Shown in pieces: positions 40,134 to 50,378 of a stretch of 64,000 nucleotides of DNA. A program made the position numbers and the translations under genes. The stretch's first letter is position 1. Each line of letters begins with the position of its first letter. Origin of the DNA: Vicinamibacteria bacterium (GTDB taxonomy: Bacteria > Acidobacteriota > Vicinamibacteria > Marinacidobacterales > Marinacidobacteraceae). The stretch lies in the NCBI GenBank assembly GCA_964291235.2, contig OZ219816.1, positions 1,664,001 to 1,728,000 on the forward strand. The letters run 5' to 3'. Below the pieces are notes generated by a model, which was not told the DNA's origin, ran no database searches, and saw nothing but the letters and a program-made list of their open reading frames with translations.

Positions 40134-40203
40134 AGGTCTGGCAACAGGTCTGTAAACCGCACCTATTCATGGCGATTGTAACTCCTCCGGAGGCCAGCCG
40201 CAT

Positions 40204-40313
40204 GCCACCACGACTGCCGTGGCGTACGCCGAGAGGGCAAACATCTTGGCGCTGAGGGTCTCTCCCGCCGCCCGCCTGCGGCGGGCTGTGCCGGCCTGGA
40301 GGCCGGCGTTCCC
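40204..40313 (+). repeat. Family B ~110 bp repeat (right flank of the TA pair)
   Basis: Direct-orientation homolog of 39422-39531. Confidence 0.7.
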
Positions 40314-40360
40314 GTGCGGTCCACGAGCTTCGGGCTCAACGGCGAAACGCGGTTCCGCCG

Positions 40361-41107
40361 TCAGTCGGTGGGGAGTTCGTCCGCGAGGGCGGCGTTCGCG
40401 AGGCGGCTGATCCAGCGGATGAGGTAGAAGGTGGCGCCGAGACCGATGATGGTGAGCGCCGCGGACCAGGAGAAGCTCTCGGTCGCCAGCGTCGCGCCGG
40501 CCTTCGCCGCCGCGCCGAGATGGGCAAAGAAGGACGCTCCGACCGGGACCGCGAGGAAGGAACCCACCGCGTAGTTGCGGAAACGCACGGGGGTCGCGGC
40601 CCAGCCGAAGTTCTGGAACGCGAACGGGAACAGCGGCGACAGCCGGGTGAGGCACACCGTGCGGATACCGGCGCTGCCGAGCGCGGCGAGAATCCGGCTC
40701 GCGGACCGGAACCCCGCGAGCCACCCCACGAGCCAGCGGCGCAGAAACAGCCTGCCGACGCCGAAGGCGGCGAGGGAACCGAAGAAGGTGCCGAGCGTCG
40801 CATAGACCATCCCCGGCCCCAGGCCGAACAGAAATCCCGCGGCGAGGCAGAAGAGCGTGTTCGGCACCGCGAAGGCCACCGCCGCCGCGTGGAGCGCGAT
40901 CAACGCCAGGGGGCTCGTCGGAAGCCACTCCGGCGGTACGAACGGCTCCTCCCCCGCCCCGCCGAAGAGCAGCGGCAACAAGAGGACGTTCAGGACGAAG
41001 AGGGTCCACAGTGCCGGTTGCCAGAAACGGCGAACCAGCCTTCGAACCCCCTTCCTCCCGGAAGCGGGATCGGGCGTCAAAAGCGCTTCGAGGCGTCGCG
41101 GGGCCAA
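40361..41107 (-). CDS. TVP38/VTT (DedA superfamily) membrane protein
   Basis: [30 protein letters not shown]. Confidence 0.85.
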   Translation of the reverse strand: MAPRRLEALLTPDPASGRKGVRRLVRRFWQPALWTLFVLNVLLLPLLFGGAGEEPFVPPEWLPTSPLALIALHAAAVAFAVPNTLFCLAAGFLFGLGPGMVYATLGTFFGSLAAFGVGRLFLRRWLVGWLAGFRSASRILAALGSAGIRTVCLTRLSPLFPFAFQNFGWAATPVRFRNYAVGSFLAVPVGASFFAHLGAAAKAGATLATESFSWSAALTIIGLGATFYLIRWISRLANAALADELPTD

Positions 41108-42558
41108 CGCTCCACGACGACCTTCGTCTGGGTATAGAACTCGATCGCGTGCGCCCCCTGGGCGTGCAGGTCTCCGAAGAAGCTGCCGCGCCAGCCGCTG
41201 AAGGGGAAAAACGCCATCGGGGCGGCGACTCCCACGTTGATCCCCACGTTGCCGGTCAGCACCTCGTGGCGGAAGCGGCGCGCCGCGCGGCCGTCGTTCG
41301 TGAAGAGGCAGGCCATGTTCCCAAACTCGCCGCTGTTGACGAAGGCGACCGCGTCCTCGACGGAATCGACGTGGATGATCCCGAGCACCGGTCCGAAGAT
41401 CTCGGTGCGGGCAATCTCTCCCTCGGCGGGAAGTCCGTCCAGCACCGTGGGACGCACGAAGAACCCGTCCTCGTGGCCGGCAATCCGCGCCCCCCGGCCG
41501 TCCACCACCGCGGTAGCGGCCTCCCGGTCCACCGCCTGGCCGATCAGCCCCTCGATCCGGGCCCGGCTCTCACCCCGGATCACCGGTCCCATGTCCACCG
41601 CTTCGTCGAGCCCGGAACCCACCACCCGGCTCTCGGCGGCGGCGCTCACCAGATCGCGGAACGGCCGGTGGGCGCCGCCCACGGTGATCGCCAGCGAGGC
41701 CGCGAGACAGCGCTGGCCGGCACACCCGAAGGCGCTCTCCGCGACCGTCGAAACCGCGGCCTCGACATCGGCATCCTCGAGGACCACCACCGGATTCTTC
41801 GCACCGCCCTGGCACTGCACCCGCTTCCCGTTCTTCGCCGCCTGCGCATAGACGATCCGCGCCACCGGGGATGAGCCCACGAAGCTGACGGCGGCGACGT
41901 CCGGATGGTCGAGCAGCGCCGAAACCGCCTCCTGCCCGCCATGGGTCACCTGCAGCACGCCGGGCGGGAACCCTGCCTCCTCCATCAGCGCGACCACCCG
42001 CTGCATGGTCAGCGGCGTCTTCTCCGACGGCTTCATCACCACCGTGTTCCCGCAGGCCAGCGCGTAGGGGAGGAACCAGAACGGGATCATCGCCGGGAAG
42101 TTGAAGGGCGCGATCACCGCCACCACCCCCACCGGCTGGCGGATCATCAACTCGTCGATCCCGCGGGCGATGTCCTCGAGCACCCGGCCCTGCATCAAAG
42201 AGGGAATCCCGCACGCCACCTCCACGTTCTCGATCGCGCGGCGCAGCTCGCCGCGCGACTCGGCGAGCGTCTTTCCGCTTTCGGTGGTGACGCAGCGGGA
42301 GAGCTCCTCGAAATCGCGCTCGAGGAGGGATTTGAGCCGGAAGAGCGGCTGGACCCGGTCGGTGGGCGGCGTCTCGCGCCAATCGCGCAGCGCCTCCCTC
42401 GCGCTCTCCACCGCCCGGCCCACATCCTCCGGTCCGGAGAGCGGGATCCGGGACAGGATTTCTCCGGTCGCGGGGTTGAGAACCGGCAGACTTTCGGAGA
42501 CCGGCGGCACCACGTAGCTGCCGCCGATGAAGTTGGGAAGAATCGCGTTTTCGGCCAT
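41077..42558 (-). CDS. mmsA: CoA-acylating methylmalonate-semialdehyde dehydrogenase
   Basis: [46 protein letters not shown]. Confidence 0.93.
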   Translation of the reverse strand: MAENAILPNFIGGSYVVPPVSESLPVLNPATGEILSRIPLSGPEDVGRAVESAREALRDWRETPPTDRVQPLFRLKSLLERDFEELSRCVTTESGKTLAESRGELRRAIENVEVACGIPSLMQGRVLEDIARGIDELMIRQPVGVVAVIAPFNFPAMIPFWFLPYALACGNTVVMKPSEKTPLTMQRVVALMEEAGFPPGVLQVTHGGQEAVSALLDHPDVAAVSFVGSSPVARIVYAQAAKNGKRVQCQGGAKNPVVVLEDADVEAAVSTVAESAFGCAGQRCLAASLAITVGGAHRPFRDLVSAAAESRVVGSGLDEAVDMGPVIRGESRARIEGLIGQAVDREAATAVVDGRGARIAGHEDGFFVRPTVLDGLPAEGEIARTEIFGPVLGIIHVDSVEDAVAFVNSGEFGNMACLFTNDGRAARRFRHEVLTGNVGINVGVAAPMAFFPFSGWRGSFFGDLHAQGAHAIEFYTQTKVVVERWPRDASKRF

Positions 42559-42588
42559 GTTCTTTCCCGCGTAGGATACGCGCGGCCC

Positions 42589-44931
42589 ATGCGACGTTCT
42601 CCGATGAAATCCCCGGGAGGAGGCCGGCTCGCGTTGCCGTTTCTGCCCGGTTTCCTGCTGCTCGTTCCCCTCGCATCGGGAGGCGCCGCGCCGCCGAACG
42701 ACGGGGCGGTTCAGGCGCTTGCCGAGGGCATGGAGGGGCCGGTGGTCGACGGGCTGGTCACCGACGAACAGTGGGCCACCGTCGAACCCTTCACCGACTT
42801 CATCCAGCAGGAGCCGGACAACGGCTCGCCCGCCTCCGAGCGGACCGAAGTACGCCTGCTGCTCTCCGAAACCACGCTCTACGTGGGGATCGTGGCGTTC
42901 GACAGCGAACCCGGCCAGGTGCTCGTCTCGGAGAGCCGGCGCGACGGGGACCTGAACGAGTCCGACTCCGTCCAGATCGTGCTCGACACCTTCAACGACA
43001 ACCAAAACGCCTTCCTCTTCGGGACGAACCCGGAAGGGATCGAGTACGACGGCCAGATCGCCGGCGAGGGCGCCACCGGCGGCTACAACCCCCGCCCCGG
43101 CCAGCGCGGCTCCCAGCGCGGGGGCATCACCGGCTTCAACGCCAACTGGGACGGCGACTGGACGGTGCGCTCCCAGCGCAGCGAGCGCGGCTGGGAGACC
43201 GAGTTCGCGATTCCCCTGCGGACGCTCCGCTACGAGGCCGGACCGGACCGGACCTGGGGCATCAACGTGATGCGGAACATCCGCCGCAAGAACGAACAGT
43301 CCTTCCTGGCTCCGATCCCCCGCGGTTACAACATCTACCGCGTCTCCCTGGCGCGCAAGGTGTCCGGGCTGGTCCTGCCCTCGCGCCGCGACATCAAGGT
43401 CACCCCCTTCGCGCTCGGCGAGGCGAGTCGCAACCCGCTCGCGGTCCGCTCCGAGAACCGCGAAACCGAGGGGCTCGACATCGGCCTCGACGTGAAGTGG
43501 GGCGTCACTCCGAACCTCACCGTGGACCTGACCGCGAACACCGACTTCGCGCAGGTGGAAGCCGACGACCAGCAGATCAACCTGACGCGGTTCCCGCTCT
43601 TCTTCCCCGAGAAACGGCCTTTCTTCCTGGAGAACGCATCCACCTTCCAGTTCGGAGCGCCCCAGGAGGTGGACCTCTTCTTCAGCCGCCGCATCGGGCT
43701 CAACGCGGGCCAGCCGGTGGGAATCGTCGGCGGCGCCCGGCTCTCCGGAAAGATGGGGTCCACGAACATCGGCCTCATGAACATGCAGACCGACGCGGCG
43801 TTCGACAACGAGACCGGCGCCCTCTCCCTCGCGGCCAACAACTACAGCGTCGCGCGCATCCAGCGCGAGGTCGGCAGGTCCAACTTCGGCGGCATCTTCG
43901 TGAACCGCCAGGCCACCGGCGAATGGGCCGAGGACGGGGATACCAACCGCGCCTTCGGCGCCGACGCCGCGATCCAGATCGGAGAGCACGCCCGCTTCTT
44001 CACCTTTCTGGCCAAGACGGCCTCAGTGGGTTCGGATCCGGAAGCAAGCGCCTCCGACACCCTGGCGGGCCGGGCGTTCCTGAACTACGCCGACCAGCTC
44101 CACCAAGGCCACGTCGGCTTCACCCAGGTGGGCGAGGACTTCAACCCCGAGGTCGGTTTCGTGCCCCGGCGGGGATTCCGGAAGTACCAGTGGCGCTACT
44201 ACCTCGACTGGCAGCCCTCCCACCTTGCCGGCCTGTCCTGGGTGCGCCGCTTCTCCCCGCACGTGACCTGGAACGCGTACTACGGTTTTGACGGAGAAGT
44301 TCAGTCCGGACGCGGGCACTGGCATCCGATCGAGTTTCAACCGAACGGGGGCGGCCGCTTCGGGCTGTTCATCGACCGGCACCGCGACCGGCCGCTTGAC
44401 GACTTCACCGTGTTCTCGGGGGTGGACGGGCACCGCGTGGTGATCCCGCCCGGCCTCTACAACTGGACGCAGGTGAGCGTGAACTACCTCGGAAACGCCA
44501 GCGCCCGCTTGTATCCCACGTTCTACCTGAGGAACGGCGGCTTCTACGACGGGGATTACCTGGGCCTCAGCTCCAGTCTGAACGGACGGATCGGCGCGAC
44601 CTTCCAGGCGAGCATCGGCTGGAACCGTGACGTGGTGGACCTCCCCGGCGGCACGTTCACCACCGACCTGATTCCGATCCGGGTCAACTACTCGTTCACC
44701 CCGCTGCGCCGTCTCGAAGCGCTCATCCAGTACAACAGCCAGACCGCGTCGGTGTCGTCGAACATCCGGCTGGTGATGCTGGACCGGAGCGGAACCGGTC
44801 TCTTCCTCGTTTACAACGACCTGCGAAACACGGCCACCCTCGACCGGTTCGACGACGAGACCGGGTTCCTGGTGCCCACGGTGATGGGCCGTTCGCTGAT
44901 CATCAAGTACACGCGTCTCTTCGACTTCTGA
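42589..44931 (+). CDS. CBM9-like + DUF5916 outer membrane protein
   Basis: [46 protein letters not shown]; C-terminal Phe. Confidence 0.88.
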   Translation: MRRSPMKSPGGGRLALPFLPGFLLLVPLASGGAAPPNDGAVQALAEGMEGPVVDGLVTDEQWATVEPFTDFIQQEPDNGSPASERTEVRLLLSETTLYVGIVAFDSEPGQVLVSESRRDGDLNESDSVQIVLDTFNDNQNAFLFGTNPEGIEYDGQIAGEGATGGYNPRPGQRGSQRGGITGFNANWDGDWTVRSQRSERGWETEFAIPLRTLRYEAGPDRTWGINVMRNIRRKNEQSFLAPIPRGYNIYRVSLARKVSGLVLPSRRDIKVTPFALGEASRNPLAVRSENRETEGLDIGLDVKWGVTPNLTVDLTANTDFAQVEADDQQINLTRFPLFFPEKRPFFLENASTFQFGAPQEVDLFFSRRIGLNAGQPVGIVGGARLSGKMGSTNIGLMNMQTDAAFDNETGALSLAANNYSVARIQREVGRSNFGGIFVNRQATGEWAEDGDTNRAFGADAAIQIGEHARFFTFLAKTASVGSDPEASASDTLAGRAFLNYADQLHQGHVGFTQVGEDFNPEVGFVPRRGFRKYQWRYYLDWQPSHLAGLSWVRRFSPHVTWNAYYGFDGEVQSGRGHWHPIEFQPNGGGRFGLFIDRHRDRPLDDFTVFSGVDGHRVVIPPGLYNWTQVSVNYLGNASARLYPTFYLRNGGFYDGDYLGLSSSLNGRIGATFQASIGWNRDVVDLPGGTFTTDLIPIRVNYSFTPLRRLEALIQYNSQTASVSSNIRLVMLDRSGTGLFLVYNDLRNTATLDRFDDETGFLVPTVMGRSLIIKYTRLFDF

Positions 44932-45006
44932 CCGGCCGCGGCAATGCCGCGGTCAGTCCCGTCCATTCCCATCAAGGCCGGCGCAGCGAGCGCCGGCCGG
45001 GGCGCG

Positions 45007-45234
45007 TCAGTTCGCGAGGACGGGAATCTTGTCGAGGATCTCGGCGTTCTCGGGGAAACGGCCGGTGTCGTACTTGGAATAGACCAACTCGCCGTCCACC
45101 TTCACGTCGAAGATGCCCTTGCCGCCTTCGATGAGTTCGGGTTCGATGCCCCGTTCCTCCCGGATTGCCGCCGCCAGACTGGAGGCGTTAGGGAGGTAGT
45201 TTCAAACGACGCAGTACGTGATCGAGATCTTCAT
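45007..45234 (-). CDS. Rdx family (SelW/SelT/SelH-like) selenoprotein with in-frame UGA
   Basis: MKISITYCVV-U(TGA at 45204-45202)-NYLPNASSLAAAI...GGKGIFDVKVDGELVYSK...GRFP; CxxU motif; SECIS-like CGCC-TCCAGTCT-GGCG downstream. Confidence 0.9.
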
Positions 45235-45305
45235 GAGAGGCCTCTGGAACTCCGCGGGAAATGTGCCGGAAGACAACATCCGACAGGGTGGCGGGGACGC
45301 GATGA

Positions 45306-45383
45306 TGGCGGGGCCGACGGGACTCGAACCCGCGACCTCCGGCGTGACAGGCCGGCGTTCTGGACCAACTGAACTACGACCCC
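45306..45383 (-). tRNA. tRNA-Asp(GTC)
   Basis: GGGGTCGTAGTTCAGTTGG...CCTGTCACG...GGTTCGAGTCCC...CCA. Confidence 0.97.
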
Positions 45384-45688
45384 ATCTCTCGCAAGAAGCG
45401 CGGATACTAGCAGCCTGTGGTGAAACGCACGTGAGCACCGAGGCGGGGGAGGCGCCCGGCTGACAAGGCGCGTGAGGGAGGAATACCGGATGTATTGCGA
45501 CCGAAGCGCAACGATGAGCGCCTCGTAGAGGCGCGGTTCAGCCGGGATGCATCGCCCGTCGAATGCCGCGTGGGTTTTGCCACAGGCTGCTACCAGCGTA
45601 ATTCCCGCCGTAACCCCATCGTTTCTGCTTTCCCGTATCCCGTTCGCTTGGGGCCCGCGGGATGTGATACGCTCACGGGTCGCGCGCC

Positions 45689-45967
45689 ATGCGGTTGACC
45701 AAGAGCCAGATCCAATTCCTGGGGTACCGGATTACCGACGACCTGCAGGTTGCCGGCTACATTGATCCGGAAGATCCGAACGCGCTGATGGACGCGATCG
45801 TGGATCTGATCACCGAGGATCTGCGCCAGGAAGATGACCTCAACGAAAAGGTCCGCCAGCTTCTCGACGGTTACGGCGAGGAGATTCGCACGGGCGGCGT
45901 CGAATACCGGGAAATGTTCAAACTGGTCAAGAAACGGCTCGCCCGCGAAGAGGGGATCATCCTCTAG
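45689..45967 (+). CDS. DUF507 family protein
   Basis: MRLTKSQI...EDDLNEKVR..L...VEYREMFKLVKKRLA. Confidence 0.85.
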   Translation: MRLTKSQIQFLGYRITDDLQVAGYIDPEDPNALMDAIVDLITEDLRQEDDLNEKVRQLLDGYGEEIRTGGVEYREMFKLVKKRLAREEGIIL

Positions 45968-46007
45968 GAATGGCGCGGCCGTTCTCTCTCCCTCGAAAGA
46001 TCCAGCC

Positions 46008-46313
46008 ATGCGCCTGACCAACGGGAAGATCAACCACCTCGCGAACCAGATCATGGATCTGCTGCGCGCCGACGAGACGGTGGAGTTCTACGCCGAGGAC
46101 AGCGAGATCCGCCGCATGATCATGCGAATCATCAACTCCGAACTCGAGGACGATGAGCGCATCGATCAGATCGTGCGCCGGAAGATCGACTCGCAGAGCC
46201 GGACGGTCCAGCAGGGCACCGAGACCTGGGACATCCTCTATCGCCGTTACTACGACGAGGAGATGGTCAAGAGCCGGCGGGTGATCCCAGGCCAAGAGCG
46301 CGTAGTCGAGTAA
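46008..46313 (+). CDS. DUF507 family protein
   Basis: MRLTNGKINHLA...VRRKIDSQSR...WDILYRRYYDEE. Confidence 0.85.
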   Translation: MRLTNGKINHLANQIMDLLRADETVEFYAEDSEIRRMIMRIINSELEDDERIDQIVRRKIDSQSRTVQQGTETWDILYRRYYDEEMVKSRRVIPGQERVVE

Positions 46314-46681
46314 ACGGCGCGCCGGCTCTCGGGCCAGGAGCGCGTTCGCAGCCGGCGCTCCTGCGCACCACTCTCGTTTGGGCCGCCGGGCCGAGGAGGA
46401 GGAGCGCCAGCCTCCGGCTAGCATCGCCGAGCGAAGTGAGGCGGAACTCCCGGACTCGGTCAGCCTCGACCGCGCCAACCCCAACGGGGACGGCGCGACG
46501 CTCATACCTGCGTGAGCGACGCCAGTCTGAATCCTGGGCCGGCCCGGGCGCGCCGAGATGGTTGGAGGAGGTCCGGCCCGAGGCGGATTACCGGTCTCAT
46601 CCCCAATAGAAACCAAGATCCCCAATAGTCGTTGGGGTCGGGTGGGGTTTTCGTTAGACTTCGGCACCGGAGGATCCAGAT

Positions 46682-48418
46682 GTGAGCTCGGGGACTGCGG
46701 AACAGTCTTCACCGCATCGGCTGGAGCGCACCGGTTTCGGCGCGTTGTTGGCGGCGATCCTGCTTCAGGCGGCGTGTGGAAGCCAAGGTGGGACCGCACC
46801 CGGCGCGACGACTCCCGGCGCTGCCTCCCCGCCACCGGCGCCGTCCATTACCTCTTTGGAACTGACGAGCGCCGAGGAGTTCCCGATCTTTCCCGGGGAG
46901 ACGGCGGAGCTTCGGGTCACGGCGGTACGATCCGACAACTCGCGCGTTCCGGTGGACAGCGCGCTACCGGTGTGGACTTCCTCCATTGTGAGCGTGGCGA
47001 CCGTATCGGCGGGAGTGGTGACCGCCGTCGAACCGGGGAACGCGGAAATCCGCGCTTTGTACGAGGGGGTGTCCGCAGAGGTTCCGGTCCCGGTACGGAT
47101 TCCGCCGACCGCCCGGGGCAAAGTCCGGGTCATCTACGCGGCGCCGGCGGACCGCCCCTTCCGGGCCGACTACAGCGCCGGAATTTCCCGAACCATCGCG
47201 CACGCGCGGACCTGGTTTCGCCGCCAACTCGGGGGACTCACCTTCGAACTCCACGACACCACCCCCGAGTTTTGCCAGCTCCCGGAAGACTTCGACCACT
47301 ACAGTCAGGGCGATTCGTGGAACAGGATCATCGAGGGCTTACAGGATTGCGCCGAGGTTCGTCACCTCACGCCGAGTATTTCGTGGTACGTGTTCGCTGA
47401 TGTTGGGGAACTTTGCGGACAGGACCACGAACTGGGAGCGGCCGTCGGCGGCCTGGCCATCGTCCCCAGGCACGATCTGGAGTTGTTGGTGGGCTCTCAA
47501 CGCATCGAGACCTGTGCCGGACGGCGGAGGCGGTCGCGCTTGAGCGTCGCCGGAGGCTTCGGGCATGAGCTCGGCCATACCTTTGGTCTGCCCCATCCAC
47601 CGGGATGTGACGAAAGGCGGCCGCACTGCGACAGGGATGCCCTCATGAGTTTCGGCGTTTACGAGTACCCGGACACGTATCTGCGGCCGGACGAGAAGGA
47701 AGTCCTGATGCGATCCCGGTTCTTCAGGAGAACCGGGCCGCGCGGCGCCAGCCCCCAGGAGTTTGCAATCCAGGGGGTGGTCCGAGACGCAACCGGCGCC
47801 CCGCTGCAAGGTATCCGGGTGTCGGTGATGTCGGATCACTACTGGGACTGGTCAGAAACCCGCTTCGACGGAGGTTTCTCGATCGGAGTTCCTGACCGGC
47901 GGGCCGGCCCGTTCCTGGTCTCGGTGCATGCCGGCGACACGGCCGACTGCAACTGGCTCGGGTACCACGGTCCGGGCGGTCTGCATTCATCGCGCCGGGA
48001 TGCCACCCTGGTGGAGGTGGCAGACGGCGCGCCCGAATCTCTTGAAATAGAGCTCCCTCTTTCACCGAGCGAACTGTGCAACCTCGACCGGACGGTGAGC
48101 GGAATCGTGCTGGACCACAGCGGCCGACCTGTCGAGGGAGCCCGGGTCTACTTTGATCGCTTCGGATTTCGCACAGGCCAGGATGGGACCTGGAAACATC
48201 GCCTTTTCGAGGGGTGGTGGGCGCACCACATGTTTCAGCCACTAAGACTCTTTCTGCCGGAGTGTGACGACCTGTTCTTTTTCTCCCAGGACGGATTCAG
48301 CAGCCAGGTGTACTGGTCCGAGGAACTGGAGCGGCGCTTCGAAGTCGGACCGCTGGGTGTCACGGACATCCGGATACGGCTTCGAGCCAGCCCGGCACAG
48401 GTCTGTCGCGAAAGCTGA
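46682..48418 (+). CDS. Lipoprotein metzincin metallopeptidase with Ig-like and carboxypeptidase-regulatory-like domains
   Basis: LQAAC; Big_2-like WTSS..VATVS.G; HELGHTFGLPH + ALMS Met-turn; IQGVVRDATGAPL, VSGIVLD. Confidence 0.8.
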   Translation: MSSGTAEQSSPHRLERTGFGALLAAILLQAACGSQGGTAPGATTPGAASPPPAPSITSLELTSAEEFPIFPGETAELRVTAVRSDNSRVPVDSALPVWTSSIVSVATVSAGVVTAVEPGNAEIRALYEGVSAEVPVPVRIPPTARGKVRVIYAAPADRPFRADYSAGISRTIAHARTWFRRQLGGLTFELHDTTPEFCQLPEDFDHYSQGDSWNRIIEGLQDCAEVRHLTPSISWYVFADVGELCGQDHELGAAVGGLAIVPRHDLELLVGSQRIETCAGRRRRSRLSVAGGFGHELGHTFGLPHPPGCDERRPHCDRDALMSFGVYEYPDTYLRPDEKEVLMRSRFFRRTGPRGASPQEFAIQGVVRDATGAPLQGIRVSVMSDHYWDWSETRFDGGFSIGVPDRRAGPFLVSVHAGDTADCNWLGYHGPGGLHSSRRDATLVEVADGAPESLEIELPLSPSELCNLDRTVSGIVLDHSGRPVEGARVYFDRFGFRTGQDGTWKHRLFEGWWAHHMFQPLRLFLPECDDLFFFSQDGFSSQVYWSEELERRFEVGPLGVTDIRIRLRASPAQVCRES

Positions 48419-48583
48419 AGTCGGCGATCGCCGGCGTCCAGTCCGGTCAGCGCACTCCCCGCTCCGGAGGCTCGGAATCGCGCGGTGCTGCAGGGAAGAT
48501 CAGCGACGGGAGTTTCGCTCCGCGGTGCGGAGCGATGCCGGCCGGAGGCCGGCGCTCCTGGCGCCGGCCGCGGGGTTGGGTCG

Positions 48584-49066
48584 TCAGTTGACGCTGACTT
48601 CGATCTGGCGCGGCTGCGCCTTCTCGAGCTTCGGCAGAACGACCTTGAGAACGCCGTCCCTGGACTCCGCCCGGATACCGGAGCTGTCCACCGTCTCCGG
48701 AAGATCGAAGGAACGATGGAACCTACCGATCACGCGCTCGCGCCGAAGCCAGGCTCCGGAGTCCTTCGCGTCGGCGGCCTCCGGACCGGTCTCGCGGACT
48801 TCCTCCCGCTGGCCCTCGAGGATCAGGCGGCCGTCGTGGTAGCGGACCGAAATATCGTCCCGGGCGATCCCCGGCAGTTCCGCTTCGACCACCACCTCGG
48901 TGTCCGATTCGCGCACGTCCACCGGCGGGCTCCACAGCGTCGCGCCGTTCGTCCTGCCACCGGCGGTCTCGCCAAGGCGGCCCTCGCCAAAGCGGGCCGG
49001 AAGATCGAAGAAGGGGTCGGCGAACACACGCCGCAGCGAAGGGTTGAAGAGAGTCAGATGGGTCAT
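48584..49066 (-). CDS. Hsp20/alpha-crystallin small heat shock protein
   Basis: WSPPVDV, AELPG, RERVIGRFHRSF, DGVLKVVLPK; RBS AAAGGAG. Confidence 0.93.
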   Translation of the reverse strand: MTHLTLFNPSLRRVFADPFFDLPARFGEGRLGETAGGRTNGATLWSPPVDVRESDTEVVVEAELPGIARDDISVRYHDGRLILEGQREEVRETGPEAADAKDSGAWLRRERVIGRFHRSFDLPETVDSSGIRAESRDGVLKVVLPKLEKAQPRQIEVSVN

Positions 49067-49150
49067 TTGGTTTTCTCCTTTGGTGAATGGCTGGGAGCCG
49101 GTCGGGCCGCTCCCCGCGCCCGTCAGACGAGTTCTTCGGCTGACAGGAGG

Positions 49151-49218
49151 AATATAGCCGGAGGAGAAGAAAATATCAAGTGTGAACACTCCTATTATAT
49201 GAGTGTAAATAACGCAGA
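49151..49218 (-). promoter_or_regulatory. hsp20 promoter with HAIR-like site
   Basis: Minus strand TTGATA-N17-TATATT (49179-49151); TATGAGT-N7-ACGCAGA at 49198-49218. Confidence 0.6.
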
Positions 49219-49341
49219 TTGAATCAATACCCGGAATTCGTTGACCGTCCGGGCGGCTGTCCCTATCATCCCGGCCATCACGGGGTTGGGAGTTCCACCA
49301 GGGAACACCGGGGCGATTCGAGACCGTCGCCGGGAACCTGA

Positions 49342-50367
<1,026 letters not shown>

Positions 50368-50378
50368 GCGGCTTCGCC

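Noticed and set aside
39422-40313. Integron attC sites
   Set aside because: No clear RYYYAAC/GTTRRRY box pair, and the island integrase is P4-like, not IntI
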